Assembly: GCA_965236125.1 (NCBI GenBank)
Contig: CBDEAP010000007.1
Location: 2,685-66,684 of the forward strand
DNA from: Candidatus Pelagibacterales bacterium
GTDB taxonomy: Bacteria > Pseudomonadota > Alphaproteobacteria > Pelagibacterales > Pelagibacteraceae
Direction: 5' to 3'
Length of the DNA: 64,000 bases
The position numbers were made by a program, and so were the translations under genes. Shown piece by piece: positions 1 to 10,550 of the stretch. The notes under the pieces were generated by a model that saw only the letters and a list, made by a program, of their open reading frames with translations, made no database searches and was not told where the DNA came from. Numbering within the stretch: the first letter of the stretch is position 1; each line of letters begins with the position of its first letter.

Positions 1-461
1 CTAACTTTTAAAGGTTTAATAGAAACATTCTTTTTTTTATCTTTAATGATCAATTCTTTTTTAATTTTATTTAATTTAAGTGTAGCTGGATACTCGTTGT
101 TATATGTTGAAAAACAATAAGAAAAAGAATTCATTAGATATTTTGAGGTCGGCAAATCTGCATAAACTGGGATTGGTTTTTTATTCTTAATAAAAAATAC
201 TCTTAAATCATTTATTCCATGAGTTTGATCTGCATGCATATGCGAATAAAGAACTCTATCAATTTTTGTTATTTTATTATCTAAAAGTTGTTTTCGTAAA
301 TCTGGAGATGTATCTATTAGAATATTTTCATGCGTAGTTTTAATTAATGCCGAACATCGTGTTCGATAGTTTTTCTTATTTTTTGGATCACATTTACCAA
401 AAAAACCATCAGCTCTTGGAACTCCCATTGAACTTCCACAACCTAATATAATAAATTGCAC
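1..461 (-). CDS. MBL-fold metallo-hydrolase (PhnP/YycJ-like), 3' end outside window
   Basis: Read by hand from GTG at 461: VQFIILGCGSSMGVP...IDTSPDLRKQLL...SHMHADQTHGINDLR; usual position downstream of tatD. Confidence 0.85.
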   Translation of the reverse strand, partial: MQFIILGCGSSMGVPRADGFFGKCDPKNKKNYRTRCSALIKTTHENILIDTSPDLRKQLLDNKITKIDRVLYSHMHADQTHGINDLRVFFIKNKKPIPVYADLPTSKYLMNSFSYCFSTYNNEYPATLKLNKIKKELIIKDKKKNVSIKPLKV

Positions 462-466
462 TTTAC

Positions 467-1228
467 TTAATTTAAAAAGAGATTGTTAAAATTTGCTGTT
501 GTTTTATTTGAAATTTCTTCAAAGGATATATTTTTAATTTCAGCTAATTTTTCAGCAGTATATTTAATAAAAGAAGGTTCATTTTTTTTACCTCTATTTG
601 GAACTGGTGCAAGAAATGGACTATCAGTTTCTATTAAAAGATTATTTAAAGGTATAGTTTTAAATGTTTCTTGAAGATCTATTGAATTTTTGAATGTAAT
701 TATCCCACTTGCTGAAAAATATGCATTTAATTGTAAAAGTTTATCAGCAAATTTTTTGCTGCCGGTAAAACAATGCATAAGTATTTTTAGATTATCTTTT
801 TCATACTTTTTTAGTATTTGGTAGGTTTCATCTTCTGCAGCACGAGAATGGATTATTAGAGGCATATTAAGTTTTAAAGATGCTTCGATATGATCCTCAA
901 AACTTTGAATTTGTTGATCCTTGTCACTGTGATTATAGAAAAAATCTAGACCCGTTTCACCAATACCAATTATTTTTTTACTTTGTTTTACATAATCAAT
1001 AATCTGATTTGTATTAACAATGTTATCTTTTGCATCATGAGGATGGATACCAAAAGTGCCGTAAATCATTGGATCCATTTCAATAATCTTTAAAATGTTT
1101 GTAAAACTATTAAGCGTTGTACAAATTGTAAGTATTTTCTCTAGACCTACTTCTTTTGAACGCTTTATTACATTTTCAAGATCTTCAAACAGTGGTTCAT
1201 GATCTAAATGACAATGTGAATCAATCAT
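467..1228 (-). CDS. tatD: TatD family hydrolase/DNase
   Basis: IDSHCHL, GIHPH, IGETGLD, IIHSR, MHCF and ETDSPFLAP motifs; start moved to ATG 1228, which overlaps the metG stop. Confidence 0.93.
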   Translation of the reverse strand: MIDSHCHLDHEPLFEDLENVIKRSKEVGLEKILTICTTLNSFTNILKIIEMDPMIYGTFGIHPHDAKDNIVNTNQIIDYVKQSKKIIGIGETGLDFFYNHSDKDQQIQSFEDHIEASLKLNMPLIIHSRAAEDETYQILKKYEKDNLKILMHCFTGSKKFADKLLQLNAYFSASGIITFKNSIDLQETFKTIPLNNLLIETDSPFLAPVPNRGKKNEPSFIKYTAEKLAEIKNISFEEISNKTTANFNNLFLN

Positions 1229-2762
1229 TACTTTTCTCAATTTTTTTAAATAAAATATCAATTTTATTAATAGCGCTACCCTCTTCTAAAAATTTATGAT
1301 TTTGAATTGAAGATAGCTCAATTTGATTTTCCTTGATATTAAATATTTGTAAAGCTTTTAAGGATGAGTCTGGAATTATTGGAAACAACATAAAGCTAAT
1401 TTTTCTAACTATTTCAAGAGTAGTATAAACTATAGTATTTAATCTTACTTGATCGTCTTTTTTCTTCCAAGGTTCTTGATCATTAAAATATTTATTGGCT
1501 TCAAATAATGATTTTACAATATAATCAATGTAGAAATTGATATTTTGTTCATCAATCTTGCTTCTTATATTATCTAAATTAACTTTAAATTTGTCTAAAA
1601 TGACAAGATCTTCCTCATTAAAGTTAATAGAACTTGGTATTTTGCTATCACAATTTTTAATCGCAAAAGCTGTTACTCTTTGACATAAATTTCCAAAATT
1701 ATTTGCTAAATCGCTATTAATACAGTCTTCAAGTCTTTCTTGAGAGATGTTTCCATCATTACCAAAAGAGACTTCTTTTATAAGATAATACCTAAGTGGA
1801 TCTAAACCATATTGGTTAATAATTTCTAAAGGATCTAAAATATTGCCTTTAGACTTAGACATTTTTTCATTATCTGAAAGTATCCAACCATGTCCGTAAA
1901 CTCTTTTTGGTAGATCTATTTTTGCAGCCAATAAAAATGCAGGCCAATATACAGCATGAAATCTCAAAATATCTTTACCAATTAAATGGATATTGGCAGG
2001 CCAAAACTCTTTATAAAGTTTATTATCTTTATCTGGATAATTTAAAGCACTGATATAATTAGTAAGAGCATCTAACCAGACATAAATAATATGTTCATTA
2101 TTATCAGGAACTTTTATACCCCACGAAAAAGTTTTTCTACTTACTGATAAATCTTTTAAACCACTTTTTACAAAGCTTATTACTTCATTTCGTCTAGACT
2201 CAGGTAATATAAAATCAGGATTTGCTTCATAATAATCTAATAATGGCTTCTGCCATTTTGATAATCTAAAAAAGTAAGATTCCTCTTCTATCCATTCAAC
2301 AGTTGATTTTGATGATATTGCAATTTTTTTACCATCTATTTCCTCAATTTCATCTTCATTATAAAATGCTTCATCGGAAACGGAGTACCAGCCTGAATAC
2401 TTTGAAAGATAAATATCATCATTTTTTTCTAATTCTTTCCATAAGTGTTGGACAGATTTTTTATGACGTTCTTCTGTAGTTCTTATAAAATCAGTATTTG
2501 TAAGATTTAGTGTTTTCGATAAATCCCTGAAAGTTTGACTAATTTCATTACAAAATTCCAATGTATCAATGCCCTTTTTTTCCGCTGATCTTTGAATCTT
2601 TAAGCCATGTTCGTCAGTACCTGTTAAAAAATGTACTTTGTAGCCATCAATTCTTTTAAATCTTGCAAAAAAATCTGCGATGATACTTGAATAAGCATGA
2701 CCCATGTGAGGTTTTGCTGAAGGATAATATATCGGAGTAGTAATATAAAAATTTTTATCCAT
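1221..2762 (-). CDS. metG: Methionyl-tRNA synthetase
   Basis: YITTPIYY, HMGH, GTDEHG, YVWLDAL, KMSKS. Confidence 0.97.
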   Translation of the reverse strand: MDKNFYITTPIYYPSAKPHMGHAYSSIIADFFARFKRIDGYKVHFLTGTDEHGLKIQRSAEKKGIDTLEFCNEISQTFRDLSKTLNLTNTDFIRTTEERHKKSVQHLWKELEKNDDIYLSKYSGWYSVSDEAFYNEDEIEEIDGKKIAISSKSTVEWIEEESYFFRLSKWQKPLLDYYEANPDFILPESRRNEVISFVKSGLKDLSVSRKTFSWGIKVPDNNEHIIYVWLDALTNYISALNYPDKDNKLYKEFWPANIHLIGKDILRFHAVYWPAFLLAAKIDLPKRVYGHGWILSDNEKMSKSKGNILDPLEIINQYGLDPLRYYLIKEVSFGNDGNISQERLEDCINSDLANNFGNLCQRVTAFAIKNCDSKIPSSINFNEEDLVILDKFKVNLDNIRSKIDEQNINFYIDYIVKSLFEANKYFNDQEPWKKKDDQVRLNTIVYTTLEIVRKISFMLFPIIPDSSLKALQIFNIKENQIELSSIQNHKFLEEGSAINKIDILFKKIEKSND

Positions 2763-3666
2763 TTAAGACTTTACTTTCAAATTCCATTAATAAACTTTCT
2801 TCATCTAAATTGAATCTCTTGCAATCGTCAATTTTTTTTAAAAAATAACTATATAGATTAGAAAAATTATTATTCCTAAAGAAAAGTTCTATAAAGTCAT
2901 ACAGTAAAAATTTAATTGAAATATCTTTTTTATAGTAATTTTGTTCGATTATTAGTGTTATTAATTCTTTTAATGTAATCTTTGATAAATCAACTTCATA
3001 ATCTTCTGCAAATTTTATAAGATTTAAAAAAACACCAGGAGTTAAATAATGATGTATTAATTCATTATTTAACTTATTAAGAACATTTTCCCCACATATA
3101 GAACTAGCAATATTAACACTTTCTTTATGGGTAAGTGAAATCTTAAAATTTAAACATCTTGAAGATAATGTTGGTAGAATTTTTTTATTGTTATGGATTA
3201 AAATAAAATGAACATTTTGATTAGGTTCTTCAAGAATTTTTAACAAAGCATTTACAGAATTTTTATTTAAAAATTCTATATTATCAATTAATACAAATCT
3301 AATTTTTTCATTAAAAGATGATTTATTCATATTTGAAATAAGATCTCTAATTTGATTAATATCAATAAATTTTTTATCTTCTGAAATATCAATAAGGTTA
3401 AAATTTGGATTAGATTTATTTTGAATTAATTTATATGATTTATTTTCTTCATTAATTAAAAAATTTTTTCTATCGTAGGCAAATTCTTCATCTTTAGATA
3501 AAATATAATTAATCAAATGATATGCTAGTGTACATTTTCCAGAGGCCTTTTCTCCTGAAAGTAAAATTTTATTAGGAAATTTATTTTGATCAAATAGATT
3601 TGAGAGTTCTAAAAAATATTTTTTTAATCCAAATAGATTAATTTGAGTACTCGGAGATAAATTCAT
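2755..3666 (-). CDS. holB: DNA polymerase III delta' subunit
   Basis: NALLKILEEP and LPTLSSRC motifs; lies between tmk and metG. Confidence 0.88.
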   Translation of the reverse strand: MNLSPSTQINLFGLKKYFLELSNLFDQNKFPNKILLSGEKASGKCTLAYHLINYILSKDEEFAYDRKNFLINEENKSYKLIQNKSNPNFNLIDISEDKKFIDINQIRDLISNMNKSSFNEKIRFVLIDNIEFLNKNSVNALLKILEEPNQNVHFILIHNNKKILPTLSSRCLNFKISLTHKESVNIASSICGENVLNKLNNELIHHYLTPGVFLNLIKFAEDYEVDLSKITLKELITLIIEQNYYKKDISIKFLLYDFIELFFRNNNFSNLYSYFLKKIDDCKRFNLDEESLLMEFESKVLNG

Positions 3667-4280
3667 TAAATTAAATTTTTTAATTTTTTAAGGACAATTT
3701 CTTTATTAGTATTAATAGGTAAATTGGAATTGACTATCATAAATGAATTTTTCTTTTTTTTACGCATTAATTTTAAAAAACCTTTCTGAACTTTATCGTA
3801 AAACGAAGTATTAAATTTATCATATCTATTAAGTCTTTTTCTTTCTTTAAGTCTTAAAATCATATTTTTATGACTAACTGTATTTAGAAAAGTAAAATTT
3901 ACTTTAATATTTTCTAATAGAAATTTATTAATCTGATTAATAATAGAATAATCAACTCCCATTCCATAGTGTTGATATGCTATAGTTGAGTCAATAAATC
4001 GATCAATAAGTATGATTTTTTTTTTATAATTTTTTTTAATTAAATCAATATTTTCACTTCTTGCAGATAGGTATAAGAGTAAATCAGTATTTTTATTAAA
4101 ACTTGATTTATTATTAAGAATTAATTTTCTAATGATTTCAGAATTTTTACTACCACCCGGCTCTCTGATTTTGAGAAAAGGAATTTTTTTTCTTTTTAAA
4201 TAACTTGATACATTGTCTATATGAAAAGTTTTACCACTTCCCTCAATTCCTTCAAAAACGATTATTGGCTTTTTAGACAT
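3666..4280 (-). CDS. tmk: Thymidylate kinase
   Basis: FEGIEGSGKT, REPGG, DRFIDSTIAYQ. Confidence 0.95.
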   Translation of the reverse strand: MSKKPIIVFEGIEGSGKTFHIDNVSSYLKRKKIPFLKIREPGGSKNSEIIRKLILNNKSSFNKNTDLLLYLSARSENIDLIKKNYKKKIILIDRFIDSTIAYQHYGMGVDYSIINQINKFLLENIKVNFTFLNTVSHKNMILRLKERKRLNRYDKFNTSFYDKVQKGFLKLMRKKKKNSFMIVNSNLPINTNKEIVLKKLKNLI

Positions 4281-5424
4281 CACCCCAGATTAAATAATTC
4301 AATGATTTCATTAATCTAGTGAAAAAGTTTACTTTTTTAACATCTTTAGCAGCTAATAAATCATACTCGCCAATAAGTTCTTGATCATAAACCACCCTAA
4401 GTTTTGCAACCACTTGGTCTTTTACAATAGGAGCTTCAATAGGTCCGTTATATTTCAAGGAAATTTTTAATTGATCTTTTTTAGCTTTTTGTATGGTTTT
4501 ATAAATGTCATCCTTTGCATAAACACTGACTGTCTTTTCTTTACCCAACCAAACATCTAGGTTATCTATCGGTTCATTAGCTTTAGCAATTTCAACTAAA
4601 TCAAAATTAGTTAATCCATAAGTTAATAATTTAGCACTCTCTCTAGATCTTGAATTCATTGATTCAAAGCCACTACCTACAGCAATCAATCTTCTGCCAT
4701 TTCTATTTATTGAAGAGGATAAGGAATATTTTTCAACTGCTAAATATCCTGTTTTAATACCATCTACCCCCATGTTCTTATATAGAAGTGGATTTCGATT
4801 GCCTTGGGTAATTGGATCACCTCCAGTTCTATCCCATGTAAATTCTTTCTCTGAAAATAATTTGTAAAACTCCGGGTGATTTTTAATTAAATAATTAGAC
4901 ATAATCATCACATCTCTAACGGTAGAAACATTATCTGGATCATTAATACCTGAAGCATTTGTAAAATTTGTATTTTCCATACCAATCTCTTTTGCTTTTG
5001 CAGTCATCATAACAGCAAATTCTGCTTCAGTTCCGGCTATGCCCTCAGCAAGTGCTACACAAGCATCATTACCAGATGCAATAATTATACCTTTTAATAA
5101 ATTATCTACAGTAATTTCATCACCTACCATAATAAACATAGAAGAATAACCTGCTGAAGAAAGCCTCCAAGCATTTTCCGAAATCATAAATTTATCTTCT
5201 AAATTTAAATTACCAGATTTAATTAAATCAAAAGCTACAATTGCAGTCATTATTTTTGTCATTGAAGCAGGATGTATTGAGTGATCAGGATCTTTTTCAT
5301 ACAGAATTTCACCTGATAAATAATCTTGCAGAATAGCAGTTCTTGCTTCTACATCTAGGTTAGCTAGAGCTAAATTAGAAAATATGAGATTAAATCCTAA
5401 TACAAATATAATTTTTTTAAGCAT
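4273..5424 (-). CDS. dacA: D-alanyl-D-alanine carboxypeptidase (PBP5/6)
   Basis: Signal peptide; PASMTK (SxxK), SGN and KTG motifs. Confidence 0.92.
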   Translation of the reverse strand: MLKKIIFVLGFNLIFSNLALANLDVEARTAILQDYLSGEILYEKDPDHSIHPASMTKIMTAIVAFDLIKSGNLNLEDKFMISENAWRLSSAGYSSMFIMVGDEITVDNLLKGIIIASGNDACVALAEGIAGTEAEFAVMMTAKAKEIGMENTNFTNASGINDPDNVSTVRDVMIMSNYLIKNHPEFYKLFSEKEFTWDRTGGDPITQGNRNPLLYKNMGVDGIKTGYLAVEKYSLSSSINRNGRRLIAVGSGFESMNSRSRESAKLLTYGLTNFDLVEIAKANEPIDNLDVWLGKEKTVSVYAKDDIYKTIQKAKKDQLKISLKYNGPIEAPIVKDQVVAKLRVVYDQELIGEYDLLAAKDVKKVNFFTRLMKSLNYLIWGDV

Positions 5425-6178
5425 TTCTTAATATTTCTAGGTTTTCAAAATCTAAAGATTTTATTTCGTTAAAAATTTTTTGTAATGTTTTTATATCATT
5501 AAATGGTCCTAAAAGTACTCTAAATTTAGTTTGTGAAAGTTTAATTATCTTAGGGTTGTTAAATGACGTTTCTGATTTAATTCTATCTATCATATTTCTA
5601 GCTGAGTCTTCGTAGTAAAAATCTGCAATTTTTATAGAATAGGAAAACTTTCTGTCTTTTTTTTGTTCTGCTTTATTAGCAGTTTTATTTAAATCACTAA
5701 TTTGAATACCATCAACAGGAGCTTTTTCAGCAACGTTTCTTTCTTCCTCAAAAGTTTTTGCTTTTTTTGCTACAAAAGTCGAATTTTCTGAAATTAGAGA
5801 AATTTCAATATAAGGTTCATTAATATTAAGTTCTAATTCTTCAACAATTCTAGTGGTTATTACAGAGTTGAAGAAGTCAGAAAATTTTACACTGTTTGAT
5901 GACACAGTAGCAATAATTGTTTTTTCATTATCAGGGTTGGTAATTTTAATAAATGATCCTTTTTTTAAGGACTTATGAAAAATTGTTAATGACCTATCAT
6001 CAATTTTTTTTGATATTTTTTTTTCTTTTTGGAGATTTGAATTATAAATTAAACCAAATCCTTTATTATTATACTTTTGATTTATTGTAGGATTTATATT
6101 TGAGTTAGTATTAACATTACCTTGTGTGCACCCAACAATTAGAAAAAAAATAAAAATTTTGAAAAATTTATAATTCAT
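5417..6178 (-). CDS. rlpA: RlpA-like lipoprotein with C-terminal SPOR domain and degenerate DPBB domain
   Basis: Lipobox IVGC; HKSL..GSFIKITNPDN; C-terminal FRVLLGPF SPOR motif; mltB-rlpA-dacA synteny. Confidence 0.7.
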   Translation of the reverse strand: MNYKFFKIFIFFLIVGCTQGNVNTNSNINPTINQKYNNKGFGLIYNSNLQKEKKISKKIDDRSLTIFHKSLKKGSFIKITNPDNEKTIIATVSSNSVKFSDFFNSVITTRIVEELELNINEPYIEISLISENSTFVAKKAKTFEEERNVAEKAPVDGIQISDLNKTANKAEQKKDRKFSYSIKIADFYYEDSARNMIDRIKSETSFNNPKIIKLSQTKFRVLLGPFNDIKTLQKIFNEIKSLDFENLEILRNA

Positions 6179-7166
6179 TCTTGAATTTATCCTTTAATGT
6201 ACAAACAGCCAAACCAAATCTAAGTGACCTATTCCATTTTAAAATAACCTCGTAATTATCAAACACTACATATGCCGGATCGAGTGTTTCCGCATCAGGA
6301 ATGATATCCTTATCAGGGGTAATAATGGCTGATAAAAAATTTTCTTCAGTTAAATCAAGTTCTTTATAATTTTCTATAAATTTACTAAAAAATTTTATTT
6401 TATTTTTATTATTTAGTTTCTTAGCAGAAACATTTAAGTATTTTTTAGGCACACCTGCATTGAGATTAACTTTGTAATAACATGGTTCCCTATTCGACCA
6501 ACCAATTTTATTTAAATAATTGGCAGCTGATGCGTAAGCATCTATTGGATTTTTAAGATCAATGAAGTTATCATTATTATAATCGATTGCATAATTTTTG
6601 ATTGTACTTGGCATAAATTGAAAGAAACCAAAAGCTCCAGCCCAGGAACCGTAAAGGGTTTCGTAATCTACTAAATTTTGATCAATTAATTTCAACAGAA
6701 TGACTAATTCATTTGAAAAAAATTCTGACCTTCTTTTGTCAAAACTTAAGGTTGCTAATGACGATAAAATATCCATTTTACCAACATATGTTCCAAAATT
6801 TGTCTCTATGCCCATAAGAGCTAAAAGTAACTCTTTATCAACATTGAATTTTTTTTCTATCTCATCAATAAGCTCTTTGTTGTTACTATAGAATTCTAAA
6901 CCTTTTTTAACTTTTGCTTCTGATGTTCTTTTTGAAATATAGGTTTTGGTATCTTCATAAAATTCAGGTTGAAAACGATCGTATTCAATAACTTTGGGCA
7001 AAAATTTTACTTTAGGAATTGTTTTTAAATATGTTTTTTCAGATACACCATTTTCTAATGCAAAAGCTTTGAATTCTTTTTTCCAGAGTTCAAAATCAGA
7101 CTCCACATTTGAATAGGCATTTGAAAAATAAAGCAAAATGATTAAAAAAAAACTAATTAGTTTCAT
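6168..7166 (-). CDS. mltB: Lytic murein transglycosylase (MltB/SLT_2 family)
   Basis: QPEF, GIETNFG, GSWAGAFG.FQFMPS, ASAANYL. Confidence 0.9.
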   Translation of the reverse strand: MKLISFFLIILLYFSNAYSNVESDFELWKKEFKAFALENGVSEKTYLKTIPKVKFLPKVIEYDRFQPEFYEDTKTYISKRTSEAKVKKGLEFYSNNKELIDEIEKKFNVDKELLLALMGIETNFGTYVGKMDILSSLATLSFDKRRSEFFSNELVILLKLIDQNLVDYETLYGSWAGAFGFFQFMPSTIKNYAIDYNNDNFIDLKNPIDAYASAANYLNKIGWSNREPCYYKVNLNAGVPKKYLNVSAKKLNNKNKIKFFSKFIENYKELDLTEENFLSAIITPDKDIIPDAETLDPAYVVFDNYEVILKWNRSLRFGLAVCTLKDKFKNEL

Positions 7167-8031
7167 AAAGATCTTTAAGATAAATAATTACAGCAATCCA
7201 AATAAAAATAAAACTTACAAATTTAGATAATGAAAAATCCTCATTATAGTAAAAAAACCCTAAAATAAATTGTAAAGTTGGCGTAATGTAGAATATCATA
7301 CCAGAGGGTCCAAGCCCAGATAGTTCAACACCCCTAACATATAAAAATAGTGGAATCACTGTCATGGGTCCTGCTAATAAAATGATAAGCATCAAATTGA
7401 TATTTGAGAAAGAAAAATCATTAAAATTATTTAAAACTATGAAGTAAAAAATTATTATTGCAAAAGGTAAAATGAAAAGACTTTCAATTAACAAACCAAT
7501 ATCTGTATCAACATTAATTTTTTTTCTAACTAAATTATAAAATCCCCAGCTTAAACCCACTATAATACCAACCCATGGCAAAGATTTAATATTTGCAATT
7601 AGAAGAAACAAAATTGACAGTATAACAAGTGTTATCGAAAAAATTCTTCTTTTGTTTAATTTTTCTTTAAAGAAAATAAAACCTAAAAAAACACTTAATA
7701 TAGGCATTATAAAATAACCAAAACTTGCATCTATTATGCGATTTGTAGCAACTGCATAAATCCAAACTCCCCAATTGATGAAGATTAAAAATCCTGAAAT
7801 AAACAAAGCAAATAAGTTTTTTTTATTTCTAATAATATTGAAAAAAATATTCCATTTCGAAAAATAAAATGTTGTTACGACTAAAGTTAAAACAGTCCAT
7901 AAGCATCTATGAATAACCAATTCCAAAGGACCAATAAAAGAAATATACTTAAAGTATAATACTCCAAAAAAACCCCACCAAAATGACCCGAATGAAGCAA
8001 GAATTAAACCTTTGTTAAATTGATTATTCAT
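7153..8031 (-). CDS. rarD: EamA-family transporter RarD
   Basis: About 10 TM segments; LIFINWGVWIYAV...ASFGYFIMP and YITPTLQF signatures. Confidence 0.88.
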   Translation of the reverse strand: MNNQFNKGLILASFGSFWWGFFGVLYFKYISFIGPLELVIHRCLWTVLTLVVTTFYFSKWNIFFNIIRNKKNLFALFISGFLIFINWGVWIYAVATNRIIDASFGYFIMPILSVFLGFIFFKEKLNKRRIFSITLVILSILFLLIANIKSLPWVGIIVGLSWGFYNLVRKKINVDTDIGLLIESLFILPFAIIIFYFIVLNNFNDFSFSNINLMLIILLAGPMTVIPLFLYVRGVELSGLGPSGMIFYITPTLQFILGFFYYNEDFSLSKFVSFIFIWIAVIIYLKDLYETN

Positions 8032-8119
8032 ATGAAATCAAATGGAGCTATTAATTATAAGTTTTATTAGACTATTTTAAGGTTGAATTAAATAATTATA
8101 ATTATAAAACCTTCCAAAC

Positions 8120-8209
8120 GGAGAGATGGCTGAGCGGTTGAAAGCACCGGTCTTGAAAACCGGCAAAGGGGCAACTCTTTCCTGGGTTCGAATCCCAGTC
8201 TCTCCGCCA
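8120..8209 (+). tRNA. tRNA-Ser(TGA)
   Basis: GGAGAGA acceptor; anticodon arm CCGGT-CTTGAAA-ACCGG; long variable arm; GGTTCGAATCC; CCA. Confidence 0.97.
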
Positions 8210-8476
8210 CTATTTTTCTTCAAAAACAAAATTTTTAAATAACAGATTTATATGATTATTTTCAAAATTAATTTCAGTATTTAAACCCTTATAATATCTA
8301 TAAAGATTATCATCATCAATATTCAAAAATTTTTCCAACTCTATAAGTTGTTTAGGATTTAGGTTATCAATATGTAATCTGGTAAAACTTCCTAAAAGTT
8401 TATCCATTTCCTTTGTTCCTCTATATGAGGATCTGTATAAAATTTTTTTTTTTAAATTATCTATATCGTCATTCAT
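8210..8476 (-). CDS. sdhE: Succinate dehydrogenase FAD assembly factor
   Basis: YRSSYRGTKEMD (RGxxE) motif; divergent from recG as in other alphaproteobacteria. Confidence 0.9.
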   Translation of the reverse strand: MNDDIDNLKKKILYRSSYRGTKEMDKLLGSFTRLHIDNLNPKQLIELEKFLNIDDDNLYRYYKGLNTEINFENNHINLLFKNFVFEEK

Positions 8477-8492
8477 TATTAGAATATATTAG

Positions 8493-10550
8493 ATGAACAT
8501 GGTTAATAAAAATACCTCTAATTATTTACTTTCAGATCTTACTTTATTAAAAGGTGTTGGTAAAAAAACCTCAAATTTATTAAAAAAAAAGAAAATAAAT
8601 ACTATTTTTGATTTATTATGGCGTTTACCAAAATCTTTTATTGATAGATCTCAATCATTAAAGATAAAAGATTTAAAAATTGGAGAAATTCAGACTGTAA
8701 CCATAGTTCCTAATAAATATTCTTTCCCTCGTATAAGAAATTTACCAAATAAGGTTTCATGCAAAGATGATACTGGTGATATCGATTGTATTTTTTTTAA
8801 TAGTTACGAGGGCTATATTAAAAAAATTTTACCATTAGGAAAGGAAATTACGCTAAGTGGAAAAATTGGTCATTTTAGAAATCGGTATCAAATTACAAAT
8901 CCAACTTATGTCTCTGAAGACTCAAGTTTAATTAAAACTAAACATAATAAGTATTCTTTGACCGAAGGAATAAGTGAAAAAATTTATAATAATATTATTA
9001 GTCAAATAATTAAAAATCTACCTACTTTGAATGAGTGGCATAATGATCAAATTTTAAAAAGATTTAATGGAATTAATTGGAATAACGCCATTATTGAACT
9101 TCATAAGCCAGAAAATGCAGGCAAAGTTAAGACGAATTATTATGAAAGATTAGCTTTTGATGAAATATTTTCAACATTTTTAGTTAATTCAGAGATTAGA
9201 AAAAAAATTAAAAGGATTAAAAAAAAAAATAAAATTTTTGATCTAAATTATCAAAATCAAATTATCAATAAGCTTGATTTCAAATTAACTAATGATCAAA
9301 ATAAAACCCTTGAAGAAATAAACACAGATTTAAGATCATCTACTAAAATGTTTAGATTACTTCAAGGTGATGTAGGTAGCGGAAAAACTATTGTGGCCTT
9401 ACTAGCAGCTTTAAATACTGTAAAATCTGGTTTTCAGGTTGCTGTCATGGCCCCTACTGAAATCTTAGCAAGACAACATTATAGTTTGGCTAAAAATCTA
9501 TTATCTGAAAATGTTAATATTGAATTATTGTCTAGTAAATCTGAACCAAAAATTAAAAGAGAAATTGTTAGAAAATTAATTGAAAATAAAATTGATATTA
9601 TTTTTGGTACTCATGCAATTTTTCAAAAAAAAATTATATTTAAAAACTTAGGCTTAATTATAATTGATGAGCAACATAAGTTTGGTGTTAATCAAAGAAA
9701 AATGCTTTCAGACAAAGGTGGTGATAATTGTGATGTTTTATTGATGTCAGCAACTCCAATACCAAGAACATTAACCATGACAATTTATGGGGATATGGAT
9801 ATTTCTATTATAAAAGAAAAACCTAAAGCTAGAAAAGAAGTAATTACATACACTAAACCTGAGAGTAAAATTGATGAAATTATTAAATTCATAAAAAAAG
9901 AAATTGAAAATGGAAATCAAGTTTTTTGGGTTTGTCCTTTAATTGAAGAGTCTAAAAAAGTAGATCACACCTCTGCTGTTAAAAAATTTGAATACTTAAA
10001 TAAATTATTTCCAAATCAAGTAGCCTTATTACATGGTAAAACTGATATTGATGAAAAAGACCGAATTTTAAATAAATTTTTAAAAAAAGAATTTAAAATT
10101 TTGGTTTCAACTACCATTATTGAAGTTGGAATTGATTTTCCAAATGCAAATGTCATTATCATCGAAAATGCAAATAAGTTTGGCTTATCACAATTACATC
10201 AACTGCGTGGAAGAGTTGGTAGAGGTCAAAAACAATCAACCTGTATATTAATGTTTAAATCAAACCTGAGTGAAAATGCCAAAAAAAGACTTAATATTTT
10301 AAAAAGTTCTACTGATGGCTTTATTATTTCTGAGGAAGATATGAAACTCAGAGGTTTTGGGGACATACTTGGTTTTAAACAAAGTGGCATAAAAAATTTT
10401 AGACTTGCAGATCCCATTCAAAATGCTGATTTATTTCTATTAGCAGAACAAGAAATGAGACGTATTGAAAATAGCTCAGAAGATATTAGTAGATTTAAAA
10501 CATTAATGAAATTGTACGATCAGGCCGATGTAATTAATGATATTGCTTAA
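8493..10550 (+). CDS. recG: ATP-dependent DNA helicase RecG
   Basis: LQGDVGSGKT, DEQH, SATPIPRT, QLRGRVGRG. Confidence 0.96.
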   Translation: MNMVNKNTSNYLLSDLTLLKGVGKKTSNLLKKKKINTIFDLLWRLPKSFIDRSQSLKIKDLKIGEIQTVTIVPNKYSFPRIRNLPNKVSCKDDTGDIDCIFFNSYEGYIKKILPLGKEITLSGKIGHFRNRYQITNPTYVSEDSSLIKTKHNKYSLTEGISEKIYNNIISQIIKNLPTLNEWHNDQILKRFNGINWNNAIIELHKPENAGKVKTNYYERLAFDEIFSTFLVNSEIRKKIKRIKKKNKIFDLNYQNQIINKLDFKLTNDQNKTLEEINTDLRSSTKMFRLLQGDVGSGKTIVALLAALNTVKSGFQVAVMAPTEILARQHYSLAKNLLSENVNIELLSSKSEPKIKREIVRKLIENKIDIIFGTHAIFQKKIIFKNLGLIIIDEQHKFGVNQRKMLSDKGGDNCDVLLMSATPIPRTLTMTIYGDMDISIIKEKPKARKEVITYTKPESKIDEIIKFIKKEIENGNQVFWVCPLIEESKKVDHTSAVKKFEYLNKLFPNQVALLHGKTDIDEKDRILNKFLKKEFKILVSTTIIEVGIDFPNANVIIIENANKFGLSQLHQLRGRVGRGQKQSTCILMFKSNLSENAKKRLNILKSSTDGFIISEEDMKLRGFGDILGFKQSGIKNFRLADPIQNADLFLLAEQEMRRIENSSEDISRFKTLMKLYDQADVINDIA

